Origin: an uncultured cyanobacterium
Lineage (GTDB): Bacteria; Cyanobacteriota; Cyanobacteriia; Cyanobacteriales; CAWCAG01
Direction of reading: 5' to 3'
DNA: 64,000 bases
Assembly (NCBI GenBank): GCA_963803805.1
Contig: CAWDOD010000010.1
Span: forward strand, 32,001 to 96,000
Shown here in pieces: positions 53,719 to 64,000 of this stretch (within the stretch, counting starts at the first letter, position 1; each line of letters begins with the position of its first letter). The position numbers and the translations under genes were made by a program. Below the pieces are notes generated by a model. It saw only the letters and a list, made by a program, of their open reading frames with translations, made no database searches and was not told the DNA's origin.

Positions 53719-56700
53719 ATGATACAAATTCCTCAATCAACCATACTCTATCAAGTAGGAGGAAGCCTGCCTGTTGATGCTCCTACTTATGTGAAAAGGA
53801 AAGCTGATACAGAACTTTATGATGCTTTGAAAGCAGGGGAATTTTGTTATGTTTTGAACTCTCGCCAGAAGGGTAAATCTAGCTTGCGTGTGCAAACAAT
53901 GCAACGCCTAGAAGCAGAAGGAGTTGCTTGTGCGGCTATTGATTTGACTCGTATTGGTAGCCAAAATATTACCCCAGAACAATGGTATTTAGGAATTGTT
54001 AAAAACCTAGCCACCGCTTTAAACCTTTCTTTGGCCAAGCGCCCTAAGTTGGGACATTGGTGGCGAGATCGCTCTGATTTTTCTCCTTTACAACGCTTTA
54101 GCAATTTCTTAGAAGAAGTTCTTTTAGTCGAAGTTAAGCAAAAGGTAGTGATTTTTATTGATGAAATTGATAGTACCATCAGCCTTAACTTTTCTGCCGA
54201 TGATTTCTTTGCTTTGATCCGTGCTTGTTATAACCAAAGGGTTGATAACCCGGAATATAAACGCTTAACTTTTACCCTTTTAGGAGTTGCTACCCCCGCA
54301 GATTTAATTACTGATAAAAGTCGCACTCCTTTTAATATTGGTCGGGCTATAGAATTAGATGGTTTTGCTATGCCAGAAGCTATGACTTTGGCAAGAGGCT
54401 TGACAGCATATACAACCAATCCCCAATTGGTAATGAAAGAAATTTTGGCTTGGACGGGGGGGCAGCCTTTTTTAAGTCAGAAACTTTGTCAGTTAGTTTT
54501 TGAATCCAATGAATTTATTCCTGAAAACCAGGAAGCAGAATGGATTGAGGCTTTGGTTAAAAATCGCGTTATTAACCATTGGGAGGCACAGGATGAACCG
54601 GAACACTTGCAAACCATTCGCGACCGAATCCTCAAGCAAGAAGGGGGGGCCGCGCGGATGTTGGGGCTGTATCAGCAGATCCTCCAAAAAGGAGAAATCC
54701 TTTCTGAGGATAGTTCCGAACAGATGAATTTACGCCTATCTGGTTTAGTAGTGGAAAAGGGGGGAAAGTTACAAGTCAATAACCCCATTTATAAATACGT
54801 TTTTAATCAAAGTTGGGTAGATAAAGAATTAGCTACCTTGCGTCCCTATAGTGAGACTTTGAATTCTTGGTTTACTTCTGGTTGTCAGGATGAGTCTAGG
54901 TTATTGCGGGGCAAGGCTTTACAGGATGCCCTCACTTGGGCAGGGGGCAAAAGTCTTAGTAACCAAGATTATGAATTTTTGGGGGCTAGCCAACAATTAG
55001 CTAAGCAGCAAGTTCAAACTGATTTAGAAGCACAAATTGCGGCTAATCGTATTTTAGCTGGGGCAGAGAAGAAGGCGAAACAGAGAATACGCAGGGGTTT
55101 GATGGTTTTGGGGATTATTTCTGTTGCCTCTGTTTCTATAGTGATTTGGGGCAAAACTGCAATTATAAAAGGACAAACAGCCCTGAAACTAGAACAAAAA
55201 GGGATCAATGCCCTCCAGGAATTTGAAAACGAAGAGTTAGAAGCTTTGCGATCAGCGATCAAAGCAGGGGAAGAATTAGAAGAATTAGTGGGAGAAGAAA
55301 CTCCCTTGGAAGAATATCCGGCGATCGCACCAGTGTGGGTATTACAAAGAATTTTGGCAGAAATTCATGAACGCAACCAATTGTTAGGTCATCAAAGTTT
55401 TGTTTACGATGTAGATTACAGTAGGGGCGAGGGGCCTCTCGCCCCTGACAACAGCAAAATTGCTACCATCTCTGCTGATGGTACAGTTAGAGTTTGGCAT
55501 TCATCAGGGCGGGGGTTAAGTCAGTTTTCGATTAAGGTAGATGAAGCAGAGAACATGACTATGAATCTCAGTTTTAGTCCTGATGGTAAGAAATTGGTTA
55601 CTGCTTCAGAAAATGGTACAGCAAGATTATGGGATTTGTTTGGACAAGAATTGGCTAAATTTGTGGGACATCAAGGGCAAGTTTGGAATGTTAGTTTTAG
55701 CCCTGATGGTAAGAAGGTTGCTACTGCTAGCAAGGATGGTACGGCGCGTTTATGGGATTTATCTGGGCGAGAAATCACTAAATTTGTTGGCCATACCAAT
55801 GATGTTTGGTGCGTTGAATTTAGCCCTGATGGTAATTATTTAGCCACCGCCGGGGAAGATGGTACAGCACGGTTATGGGATTTATCTGGGCGAGAAATCA
55901 CTAAATTTGTCGGTCATGAGGAACAAATTTTTAGTCTCAGTTTTAGTCCTGATGGTCAAACTATCGCCACTACAGGGCTGGATGGTACGGTGCGGTTGTG
56001 GAATTTGTCGGGGCAACAGCTAGCCCTATGGCAGGGTAGCAGAGACTGGCTTTTTGCTATTGAATTTAGCCCCGATGGTAAATATTTAGCGGCAGCAGGG
56101 GCTGATAGTAAAGTTCGTATTTGGGATACTTCTGGACAACTTTTAGGGGAATTATGGGGCCATACTAACTGGATTTATGGCTTAAGTTTTAGTCCTGATG
56201 GCAAAAACTTAGTTACAGCAGGGCAAGATGGTACAGCCCGAATTTGGGATCTTAACAACACTTTTTTCCCTTCTGCTTACCAAGAAAAAGCTGAGTGGCA
56301 AGGAGGAGAAAATGAGTTGTGGACAGTAAGTTTTAACCCGGTAGTGGCGAGGGGCAGATCGCCCTTACTGGCATCAGCAGGAGAAGGAAATACTGCCAAG
56401 ATTTGGAACCTTTCGGGGGAAATGCTAGCAGAGTTAAAAGGCCATCCTAGTTGGATTTATAGCTCAAGTTTCACCCCCAATGGTCAAGGGATCGCCACAG
56501 GGGGAAAAGATGGGACGGTACGCCTTTGGGACTTATCAGGAAAGCAATTAGCTAAGTTTAGGATCGGCCGCTATAAAATCTATAATGTTGGCTTTAGTCC
56601 TGATGGTAAGTATTTAGCGGCGGCAGGGGAAGCTAGTACCGTTTACCTCTGGAATCTTGCTACTAAGGCGCAGATTAAACTTGAAGCCCATGAAGGGATA

Positions 56701-57267
56701 GTTAATTGGGTCAGTTTTAGCCCCGATGGAAAAACTATAGCTACAGCAGGACAAGATGGTACGGTACACCTTTGGAGTTTGTCAGGAGAGGAGTTGCGGC
56801 GATTTGGGGATGGTAAGAATGAAATTTCTAGTGTTAGTTTTAGTCCCAATGGCAAACGCTTGGTTACAACAACAGTAGACAATAAGGTGAAGTTGTGGAA
56901 ATCTTCTGGACAAAAAATAAATGAATTTAATACCCACCAAGGTGGAGTTTTAAGTGCTAATTTTAGTCCGGATGGGCAATTAGTTGCGATCGCAGGGCAA
57001 GATGGTACGGTACAACTGAGATTGGTTTCTGGGATTATTGGACAACAAATTGCTGAATTTAAAGGCCATGTTGGCAGAGTTTACAGCACTAGTTTTAGTC
57101 CGGATGGTAAGTATTTAGCTACAGTGGGGAAAGATGGTATGGTTCGCTTGTGGCGTGTAGAAAATTTAGATGAAATGCTGAAGCGTGGTTGCCAGTGGTT
57201 GAAAGATTACCAAGCTAACCATTCTAATCAAGAAGAGATTTGCTTACCGCAAGGAAGTAATAAGTAA
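53719..57267 (+). CDS. AAA_35 NTPase + TM + WD40-repeat protein
   Basis: [33 protein letters not shown]; about 14 WD40 repeats (FSPDG...DGTARLWDL). Confidence 0.92.
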   Translation: MIQIPQSTILYQVGGSLPVDAPTYVKRKADTELYDALKAGEFCYVLNSRQKGKSSLRVQTMQRLEAEGVACAAIDLTRIGSQNITPEQWYLGIVKNLATALNLSLAKRPKLGHWWRDRSDFSPLQRFSNFLEEVLLVEVKQKVVIFIDEIDSTISLNFSADDFFALIRACYNQRVDNPEYKRLTFTLLGVATPADLITDKSRTPFNIGRAIELDGFAMPEAMTLARGLTAYTTNPQLVMKEILAWTGGQPFLSQKLCQLVFESNEFIPENQEAEWIEALVKNRVINHWEAQDEPEHLQTIRDRILKQEGGAARMLGLYQQILQKGEILSEDSSEQMNLRLSGLVVEKGGKLQVNNPIYKYVFNQSWVDKELATLRPYSETLNSWFTSGCQDESRLLRGKALQDALTWAGGKSLSNQDYEFLGASQQLAKQQVQTDLEAQIAANRILAGAEKKAKQRIRRGLMVLGIISVASVSIVIWGKTAIIKGQTALKLEQKGINALQEFENEELEALRSAIKAGEELEELVGEETPLEEYPAIAPVWVLQRILAEIHERNQLLGHQSFVYDVDYSRGEGPLAPDNSKIATISADGTVRVWHSSGRGLSQFSIKVDEAENMTMNLSFSPDGKKLVTASENGTARLWDLFGQELAKFVGHQGQVWNVSFSPDGKKVATASKDGTARLWDLSGREITKFVGHTNDVWCVEFSPDGNYLATAGEDGTARLWDLSGREITKFVGHEEQIFSLSFSPDGQTIATTGLDGTVRLWNLSGQQLALWQGSRDWLFAIEFSPDGKYLAAAGADSKVRIWDTSGQLLGELWGHTNWIYGLSFSPDGKNLVTAGQDGTARIWDLNNTFFPSAYQEKAEWQGGENELWTVSFNPVVARGRSPLLASAGEGNTAKIWNLSGEMLAELKGHPSWIYSSSFTPNGQGIATGGKDGTVRLWDLSGKQLAKFRIGRYKIYNVGFSPDGKYLAAAGEASTVYLWNLATKAQIKLEAHEGIVNWVSFSPDGKTIATAGQDGTVHLWSLSGEELRRFGDGKNEISSVSFSPNGKRLVTTTVDNKVKLWKSSGQKINEFNTHQGGVLSANFSPDGQLVAIAGQDGTVQLRLVSGIIGQQIAEFKGHVGRVYSTSFSPDGKYLATVGKDGMVRLWRVENLDEMLKRGCQWLKDYQANHSNQEEICLPQGSNK

Positions 57268-57299
57268 TAAATTTAGAGAAATTATCCGGGGAAATACTT

Positions 57300-57530
57300 G
57301 ATTTTGCGGCGCAGGGTAGGTCACAAAACAGCTATTGGTTGGAAAATGCCTGAAAGTATCTCAGAGAGGGCTTTTCAGCTATTTTGGTTTTTGAGAGCAA
57401 AGCGCACCTTACACAGCAAGGGTTCCAGCGTTTTGGGGGTGTTTCCTGGAGGTGGTTATGATAGATTTATAGAGCTACAGCGCAAATGTACCTTGAAAGT
57501 CAAATATATCAATGGTTCCAAACTACCGCA
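57300..57530 (+). promoter_or_regulatory. putative CRISPR leader
   Basis: ~230-nt non-coding stretch directly preceding the full repeat. Confidence 0.5.
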
Positions 57531-57626
57531 GTTGCAACTTCTAATAATCCCTATTAGGGATTGAAACGCCAAACTGCGATCGCATCCCTTTGAGGGACAG
57601 CAGGTTGCAACTTTTAATAATCTCTA
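57531..57626 (+). CRISPR. orphan CRISPR mini-array: one 37-bp repeat, one 36-bp spacer, one truncated repeat
   Basis: GTTGCAACTTCTAATAATCCCTATTAGGGATTGAAAC (internal AATCCCTA/TAGGGATT hairpin, ATTGAAAC end); spacer 57568-57603; partial repeat GTTGCAACTTTTAATAATCTCTA at 57604. Confidence 0.8.
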
Positions 57627-57666
57627 AGCTGCTAAGCTGTTACGCATTTAAAAGACATATTGTTGA

Positions 57667-58678
57667 ACGTGAGTTCGACGGAGGAAAAAGAGAGAAAAGA
57701 AAAGCATCAGAGGTATGCTGAAAATGAATCTTAATCAGAATCTGATGCTATGTCCAATATTGTATCTCGTCTCGATATCACCCAAATATTCTGTCAGGTA
57801 GATGACTTTTATCAAAGGTTTGAGAGGCATTGGCAACAACAGCCAATGTTAACAGCAACTTGTGGAGAGCGTCTATGTCGCTCCCGCCTAAGCCTAAGCG
57901 AAGTGATGACCATTGTCATTGCCTTTCATGGTTCGGGATTTCGCACTTTTAAAGAATTTTACACTCTACAAGTCTTGCCTTACTGGAAGAAAGCTTTTCC
58001 CAACTTGGTCAGTTACACTCGATTCGTAGAGCTAATGCCGTGGAGCTTAATGCTTCTTTGCTGTTTTCTACATACTCTTCGAGGAGAAATTACCGGCATC
58101 AGCTTTATTGATTCTACCCCCATTGAGGTCTGCCACCCGAATCGCTCCAAAAGCCACCGTGTTTTTGAAGGTTTGGTAGGTTGGGGCAAAAATGCTATGG
58201 GATGGCATTATGGCTTCAAGCTACATCTAATTATTAATGACAAAGGTGAGCTGCTTGCTTTCAAACTTACAGAGGGTAATACTGATGACCGTAACCCTGT
58301 GCCAGATATGGCTGATGGCTTGATTGGTAAGTTATTTGGCGACCGAGGTTATATTTCTCAGGATTTGTTTGAGAAACTCTATGAACAAAGACTACAACTG
58401 ATTACACACCGCAAGAAAAATATGAAGCCGAAGTTAATGCGTCTTCAGGATAAGATTCTCCTACGTAAGCGTTCTCTGATTGAGACTGTTAATGACCAGC
58501 TCAAGAATATCTGTCAGATTCAGCATTCAAGACACCGTAGCGTTTGGAATTTTTTGGTTAATCTCTTAGCTGGTCTAATCGCTTATACTTTCTTGCCCAA
58601 AAAGCCTTCCCTTGACCTTGACCCCAAAGGCCTAGCTGAACTTCCTTCTGCTGTTTTTTAACTTCATCGAACTCACGT
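57667..58678 (+). mobile_element. IS982-family insertion sequence (1012 bp)
   Basis: Terminal IRs ACGTGAGTTCGA / TCGAACTCACGT; 6-bp direct repeat TGTTGA at 57661-57666 and 58679-58684. Confidence 0.92.
57750..58661 (+). CDS. IS982 transposase
   Basis: FIDSTPI, GWHYGFKLHL, LFGDRGYIS, KRSLIETVNDQLK. Confidence 0.93.
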   Translation: MSNIVSRLDITQIFCQVDDFYQRFERHWQQQPMLTATCGERLCRSRLSLSEVMTIVIAFHGSGFRTFKEFYTLQVLPYWKKAFPNLVSYTRFVELMPWSLMLLCCFLHTLRGEITGISFIDSTPIEVCHPNRSKSHRVFEGLVGWGKNAMGWHYGFKLHLIINDKGELLAFKLTEGNTDDRNPVPDMADGLIGKLFGDRGYISQDLFEKLYEQRLQLITHRKKNMKPKLMRLQDKILLRKRSLIETVNDQLKNICQIQHSRHRSVWNFLVNLLAGLIAYTFLPKKPSLDLDPKGLAELPSAVF

Positions 58679-58726
58679 TGTTGAGTTAGCTAAAATAAGC
58701 TGGAGTTGCTACCTATTCCCTATTCC

Positions 58727-59647
58727 CTAAATTAACAAACAGCTTTCTATAGTCTTAACCACTGATTCAGCTAAAGTATGCAAATCATAACCTCCTTCTA
58801 AACCGAAGAGAATATTATTAGTAATTCCCAAGCAATAGTGAGTCAATAATTGATAATCTTGGGGTCGTAAAGAAATACTTGCTAACGGATCAGCGTGGTT
58901 AGCATCGTAACCAGCACTAATTATTAATAAATCTGGTCGAAAATCCCTTAAAAAAGGTATAACTTCATTCTCAAAAACAGGACTATACTCTTCTATGGTG
59001 CTTCCTGGCTTCATAGGTAAATTGAGTACATTATTATACTTTCCTTTTTCCACTCTTTTCCCTGTACCAGGGTAACAAGGAAATTGATGTAGAGAACAGT
59101 AAATAATTTGTGGATTACTTTCTACAATTGCTTGAGTACCATTGCCATGGTGTACATCCCAATCTAGAATAGCGACGCGATTACAATGCTTTTCTTCTAA
59201 GGCATAATAAGCGGCGATCGCAGCGTTAGAAAACAAACAAAATCCCATGCCTATATTCTTTTCTGCATGATGTCCAGGAGGGCGAGTAAGTGCAAAAGCA
59301 GGGCTATGATTATTGATAACTGAATCTACTCCATCTAACCAAGCACTAACAGCAAGTAAGGCAACCTCATAGCTACGAGGAGAGACAATTGTATCAGCAT
59401 CTAATCTTCCTCCCCCTTCTTTAGCAATTTCTTGAAGCAAGTTAATATATTGAGGATCATGTATCTTTTTGATTGTTGGTAAAATATCTCTATTAGTTAC
59501 AGAAGTAGGAATTTGCCAAGCAATTTTATCTGCCCAATCAACCTGTTTTAAAGCCTCAACAATAGCGTTTAAACGCTGAGGGCTTTCTGGGTGCAATCTA
59601 CCGGTTTTATGTTCAAGGAATTGGTCAGAATAAATAATCGGAAACAT
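58727..59647 (-). CDS. histone deacetylase family protein
   Basis: HPESPQRL, RPPGHHA, DWDVHHGNGTQ, SAGYDA, LEGGY. Confidence 0.94.
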   Translation of the reverse strand: MFPIIYSDQFLEHKTGRLHPESPQRLNAIVEALKQVDWADKIAWQIPTSVTNRDILPTIKKIHDPQYINLLQEIAKEGGGRLDADTIVSPRSYEVALLAVSAWLDGVDSVINNHSPAFALTRPPGHHAEKNIGMGFCLFSNAAIAAYYALEEKHCNRVAILDWDVHHGNGTQAIVESNPQIIYCSLHQFPCYPGTGKRVEKGKYNNVLNLPMKPGSTIEEYSPVFENEVIPFLRDFRPDLLIISAGYDANHADPLASISLRPQDYQLLTHYCLGITNNILFGLEGGYDLHTLAESVVKTIESCLLI

Positions 59648-59692
59648 TTGCTCTAAAATTATTATTTAGCTATACAAGTTGTTCAATGATAA

Positions 59693-60580
59693 ATGGAAAA
59701 TCAAATGCTGTTTTCAGAATTTGAACAAATTATCATCACCACTAGCCAAGCGAAAATAAACTTACGTAAAGGCGGAAAAGGCCCTCCTTTATTGTTACTC
59801 CACGGCTATCCTCAAACCCATTTTATGTGGCATAAAATAGCTCCTCTTTTAGCAGAAGATTTTACTGTTATAGCTACAGATTTACGTGGCTACGGCAATA
59901 GCTCAAAACCGAAAGGTTGCTCGGATCATCGTAATTATTCTAAACGAGCCTTAGCCCAAGACCAAATTGAGGTGATGACCCAATTGGGTTACGATCAATT
60001 CTACCTGGTAGCCCATGATCGCGGGGCAAGGGTAGCCCATCGTTTGACCTTAGATTATCCCCAGTCAGTGCAGAAATTAGCCCTTTGCGATATTGCCCCT
60101 ACCTACGAAATGTATACTACCACAGACCAAGAATTTGCTACAGCCTATTATCATTGGTTTTTCTTGATTCAACCCTATGACTTACCCGAAAGATTAATTG
60201 CAGCCAACCCAGAATATTATCTCAATGTTTGTTTGCAAAACTGGAGCAAAAATTTCGCTGCTTTCACTCCCCAAGCTTTAGGAGAATATCAACGCTGTTT
60301 TCAAGACTACGCCACCATTCATAGTAGTTGCGAAGACTACCGCGCCTCCGCTACCATCGATCTACATCACGATGAAGAGGATCTAGATAGTAAAATAACT
60401 TGTCCTCTGCTTGTTTTGTGGGGCGGACTGGGCTTTATTGGCAGTAAATATGATGTTTTAGGTATGTGGCAAAAAAGAGCCTTAAAAGTAGTAGGAAAAG
60501 CATTGAATTGTGGTCACTTCTTACCAGAAGAAGCCCCCCAAGAAACCTATTTTGCTTTGCAAGAATTTCTTTTGAATTAG
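59693..60580 (+). CDS. alpha/beta hydrolase, fluoroacetate dehalogenase-like
   Basis: LLHGYPQTH, AHDRGARVAHR, YYHWFF, GHFLPEE. Confidence 0.88.
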   Translation: MENQMLFSEFEQIIITTSQAKINLRKGGKGPPLLLLHGYPQTHFMWHKIAPLLAEDFTVIATDLRGYGNSSKPKGCSDHRNYSKRALAQDQIEVMTQLGYDQFYLVAHDRGARVAHRLTLDYPQSVQKLALCDIAPTYEMYTTTDQEFATAYYHWFFLIQPYDLPERLIAANPEYYLNVCLQNWSKNFAAFTPQALGEYQRCFQDYATIHSSCEDYRASATIDLHHDEEDLDSKITCPLLVLWGGLGFIGSKYDVLGMWQKRALKVVGKALNCGHFLPEEAPQETYFALQEFLLN

Positions 60581-60726
60581 CCACTGAAAATAATGTTAAG
60601 TTTGTTCAAAGAACTTGCAATCTAGATTCATTGTTTTTTAGGATGATGATTATAGATATTACTTCTTAGCTCAACTATCTCTAAAATTTATTCTTAGTTA
60701 TTTATTCTCCATTACCATTATTTAAA

Positions 60727-61173
60727 ATGAGTAGGTTGCTCTACGAGAAATCCTTGCCATATCGAGGTCATCTTATCATACCCTTTGTTTTCGCTCGTGC
60801 AAATCGAGAGAATATCTATTCCTATGCTTTACTTTCTGAACAAGGATACAAAGGTGAATTTCATAAACTGGAGAATCCTGCTAAACTCTATTCTAGCAAC
60901 ATAGCCCAAATCATTGATATTGCTAAAAAACATTTACACGAAGCCATAGAACAAAGCAGCGACTTTGATTATTTTCAAAACCGCTATACTTACCAAAATA
61001 ATTTAATTATCATTCACCAACAAGCAGGTAAATGTTTTTATGACCATTATCCCCCCCAGGAGATTAGAAATGTTGCTGCCCCCAAAATTTTCTTTACTCC
61101 TCATGAATGCCTAACTTGGGTTAAACAAGGACTAGATAAGAAAAATAAAAAAGCAGGAAAAGTTAGTCATTAA
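60727..61173 (+). CDS. conserved cyanobacterial hypothetical protein
   Basis: LYEKS..YRGHLIIPF...YSYALLSEQG; FYDHYPP. Confidence 0.65.
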   Translation: MSRLLYEKSLPYRGHLIIPFVFARANRENIYSYALLSEQGYKGEFHKLENPAKLYSSNIAQIIDIAKKHLHEAIEQSSDFDYFQNRYTYQNNLIIIHQQAGKCFYDHYPPQEIRNVAAPKIFFTPHECLTWVKQGLDKKNKKAGKVSH

Positions 61174-61201
61174 TCATTAACCTCCCCTACTGCCCCTTCT
61201 C

Positions 61202-64000
61202 CTAAACCATCGTCGCCGAAGCTTGCTGAGGCTGGGGTTGGAACTGGAAGAGAGAATAAACGACATTGCGACGAATATCTGTCATTGTTTCTAAGAACAT
61301 TTCATAGCCTTCCTGCTTATACTCGATTAGAGGATCTTTTTGTCCATAACCTCTTAAACCAATGGATTCCCGTAAAGCATCCATCGCTTGTAAGTGTTCT
61401 CGCCAGAGAGTATCAATTTGTTGCAAGATAAAGAAACGTTCGGCTTCCCGCATTAATCCAGGCTTGATTTTTTCTACCTGTGCCTCTTTAATATCGTAAG
61501 CTTTGCGAACTTCTTCTTGCAAAAATGTCTTAATTGCCCCCACAGGCATATCTTCAAGATCCTCTGGTTTCAAATCTTCTAAAAGGTAAATAAATTCCTG
61601 TGCCTTAGAAACAATCTTGTCAAGTTCCCATTCTTCTGAGGGTAATTCAGGATTAATAAAAACATCCACAATATCACTCATGGTTTGTTCAGCGTAGGAA
61701 ATCACTTGTTCTTTTAAATCTAATCCTTCCAAAACCCGACGACGTTCGGCATAAATAGCCCGGCGTTGATTATTCATTACCTCGTCGTACTCAAATACTT
61801 GCTTCCTGGTGTCGTAGTAGAAAGTTTCTACCTTCTTTTGCGCCCCTTCTAAAGAGCGGGTTAGCATTTTTGATTCAATAGGCATATCCTCTTCCACTCG
61901 GAAAGCATTCATCAAACCTGCCACGCGATCGCCTCCAAAAATGCGGAGGAGGTTATCTCCAAGGCTAAGGAAAAATTTAGTTGAACCGGGATCACCTTGC
62001 CTACCTGCCCTGCCCCTTAACTGGTTATCGATACGGCGAGATTCGTGACGTTCTGTACCAATAACATGAAGTCCACCCCGTTGGACAACTTCATTATGTT
62101 CTTGGGCAGTAAACCCTTCATATTCTTTGTTAATGGCCTTATATACTTGCCGCAGCTTAATTAAAACTGGATCTTCAAGGGGGGCATTTTCCGCTGCTAC
62201 CGCTATTTTTTCTTCTACTTCCAACTCCGGCAAACTTTGTAAACCATACTTTTCAACAGCGAAATCCACCGCTTCTTTAAGCATGGTTTCAATTTCAGCA
62301 GAAAGTTGAGTAGGGTAAATTTGTGGGGATACACGCCAACTCTTTGTCTTACTCGGTTGTCCAAAACCTTGGGAGCGACTGCGAGATTGTTTAGCTGCTG
62401 CTGGCATAGCTACCAGGGCATTATCATCTTCCGGTTGAACAATCTTGGGCATCAAATATTCCCGAATTTTCAACCTCGCCATATAATCGGCATTACCCCC
62501 CAGGATAATATCTGTACCTCGTCCTGCCATATTGGTGGCGATGGTTACGCCCCCTTTTCGTCCAGCTTGGGCAATAATTTCTGATTCTCGTTCTACGTTC
62601 TCTGGCCTAGCGTTAAGAAGGTTGTGAGGAATGTTTTTTTCTTGTAATAACTTTGAGAGTACCTCAGATTTTTCTACACTAGTAGTTCCCACCAAAACTG
62701 GCCGACCCAATTCGTGCATTTCCGCACATTCAGTCGCCACAGAATCCCATTTAGCAGGTTCAGTTTTATAAACCACATCGGCTAAATCTTGCCTTTGGGT
62801 AGGTAGGTTAGTAGGCATGATGGTGACTTGGAGGTTGTAAACCTTCTCAAATTCCGCTTCTTCTGTTTTGGCAGTTCCTGTCATCCCAGCTAATTTAGGA
62901 TAAAGCAGGAAGAAATTTTGATAGGTAATAGTTGCTAGAGTTTGGGTTTCATTTTGAATCTCCACCCCTTCTTTTGCTTCAATAGCTTGGTGTAAACCAT
63001 CACTCCAACGTCTGCCAGCTAAAACCCGACCAGTAAATTCATCAACAATAACTACCTCATCATTACGGACAATGTAGTTAACATCGGCGGTGAAAAGTTC
63101 TTTGGCTTTAATAGCATTAAAAATATAATGGGCCCAAGGATTTTCAGGATCGTAGAGGTCATTAACTCCTAAAAGCCTTTCTGCGGAGGCGAAACCTTCA
63201 TCAGTCATTAAAACGTTACGGGCTTTCTCATCAACTTCATAATCTCCCGGCCCATCTTCTTCTTCTTGCTTAACTAATTGGGCTGCTATTTGGGCAGCCC
63301 CTAAATATTTTTCTGTAGGGCGTTCTACTTGCCCAGAAATAATTAATGGTGTGCGTGCTTCATCAATTAGAATGGAATCCACTTCATCAATGATGCAATA
63401 GTTAAAAGGACACTGCACTACATCAACCATAGATGTAGCCATATTATCCCGTAGGTAATCAAAACCCAACTCACTGTTAGTAGCGTAGGTGACATCGCAA
63501 GCATAGTTCTTTTTACGTTCGCTAGGACTCATTCCTGATTGAATTAAGCCCACACTCAAACCTAAAAAGCGGTGAACTTGTCCCATCCACTCCGCATCCC
63601 GACGGGCCAAATAATCGTTAACCGTAACAATATGTACCCCTCTACCGGTTAAACCGTTTAAATAAGCAGGCAGAGTAGCTACTAGGGTTTTTCCTTCCCC
63701 AGTCCTCATCTCCGCAATTTGACCTTTATGGAGGAAAATACCCCCCAACAACTGCACGTCATAGTGACGCATTCCCAAAACACGAACCGCCGCTTCTCTA
63801 ACTACAGCAAAAGCTTCTGGCAAGATCTCATCAAGAATTTCTTCCCTTTCCTGATCGCTATTAGCTTCGCTGATTTTTTGTTGAAATTCCTTGGTTTTTC
63901 CCTTCAATTCTTCATCAGAAAGGGCTTTAATATCTTCTTCGAGGAGATTAATATCAGTTACTAAATACTGATATTTCTTTAATTTGCGTGCGTTAGGATC
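61202..64000 (-). CDS. secA: preprotein translocase SecA (5' end outside window)
   Basis: [47 protein letters not shown]; frame open to the window edge ([10 protein letters not shown]...). Confidence 0.97.
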   Translation of the reverse strand, partial: DPNARKLKKYQYLVTDINLLEEDIKALSDEELKGKTKEFQQKISEANSDQEREEILDEILPEAFAVVREAAVRVLGMRHYDVQLLGGIFLHKGQIAEMRTGEGKTLVATLPAYLNGLTGRGVHIVTVNDYLARRDAEWMGQVHRFLGLSVGLIQSGMSPSERKKNYACDVTYATNSELGFDYLRDNMATSMVDVVQCPFNYCIIDEVDSILIDEARTPLIISGQVERPTEKYLGAAQIAAQLVKQEEEDGPGDYEVDEKARNVLMTDEGFASAERLLGVNDLYDPENPWAHYIFNAIKAKELFTADVNYIVRNDEVVIVDEFTGRVLAGRRWSDGLHQAIEAKEGVEIQNETQTLATITYQNFFLLYPKLAGMTGTAKTEEAEFEKVYNLQVTIMPTNLPTQRQDLADVVYKTEPAKWDSVATECAEMHELGRPVLVGTTSVEKSEVLSKLLQEKNIPHNLLNARPENVERESEIIAQAGRKGGVTIATNMAGRGTDIILGGNADYMARLKIREYLMPKIVQPEDDNALVAMPAAAKQSRSRSQGFGQPSKTKSWRVSPQIYPTQLSAEIETMLKEAVDFAVEKYGLQSLPELEVEEKIAVAAENAPLEDPVLIKLRQVYKAINKEYEGFTAQEHNEVVQRGGLHVIGTERHESRRIDNQLRGRAGRQGDPGSTKFFLSLGDNLLRIFGGDRVAGLMNAFRVEEDMPIESKMLTRSLEGAQKKVETFYYDTRKQVFEYDEVMNNQRRAIYAERRRVLEGLDLKEQVISYAEQTMSDIVDVFINPELPSEEWELDKIVSKAQEFIYLLEDLKPEDLEDMPVGAIKTFLQEEVRKAYDIKEAQVEKIKPGLMREAERFFILQQIDTLWREHLQAMDALRESIGLRGYGQKDPLIEYKQEGYEMFLETMTDIRRNVVYSLFQFQPQPQQASATMV

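Noticed and set aside
55560-57150. Nucleotide-level repeats such as TTTAGYCCTGATGG and GGGATTTATCTGGGCGAGAAATCACTAAATTTGT
   Set aside because: Explained by WD40 blade duplication; no template/variable-repeat pair or reverse transcriptase suggesting a DGR.
57298-57564. 88-aa ORF from the track
   Set aside because: Overlaps the CRISPR leader and repeat; no protein features.

Overview
This 64-kb window is cyanobacterial chromosomal DNA, judged from frequent HIP1 octamers (GCGATCGC), a split dnaE-N intein, and crtQ/zds, crtH, ebsA, an hpsE-like gene and secA. Most of it is ordinary housekeeping, envelope and signalling genes. The standout is a minus-strand operon at about 47.36-50.50 kb. It has a near-consensus sigma70 promoter, then a 66-aa small protein with a possible beta-grasp fold, then four tandem structured ncRNAs, then an orphan ribosomal L7/L12 paralog, then a fifth minimal copy of the ncRNA, then a divergent Ro60/TROVE-like helical+vWA protein. 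All five RNAs share one conserved, covarying terminal stem. Four carry a tRNA-like body, grafted in three different topologies: a normal-order tRNA with a CAU anticodon, a permuted His-like tRNA that keeps its GUG loop, and two tRNAs opened at the anticodon loop, one of them class II. This looks like a modular Y-RNA/tRNA-mimic array. Other notable items: an orphan one-spacer CRISPR mini-array next to an IS982 with a 6-bp target duplication; two unannotated paralogous microproteins beside a caspase/partner pair; small hairpin elements inserted in-frame in coding genes; a nonsense-truncated pta-like gene; a probable frameshift in a DUF3153 gene; and a PEP-CTERM remnant abutting the DnaE intein tail. 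Protein family calls come from motif recognition only, with no database searches.
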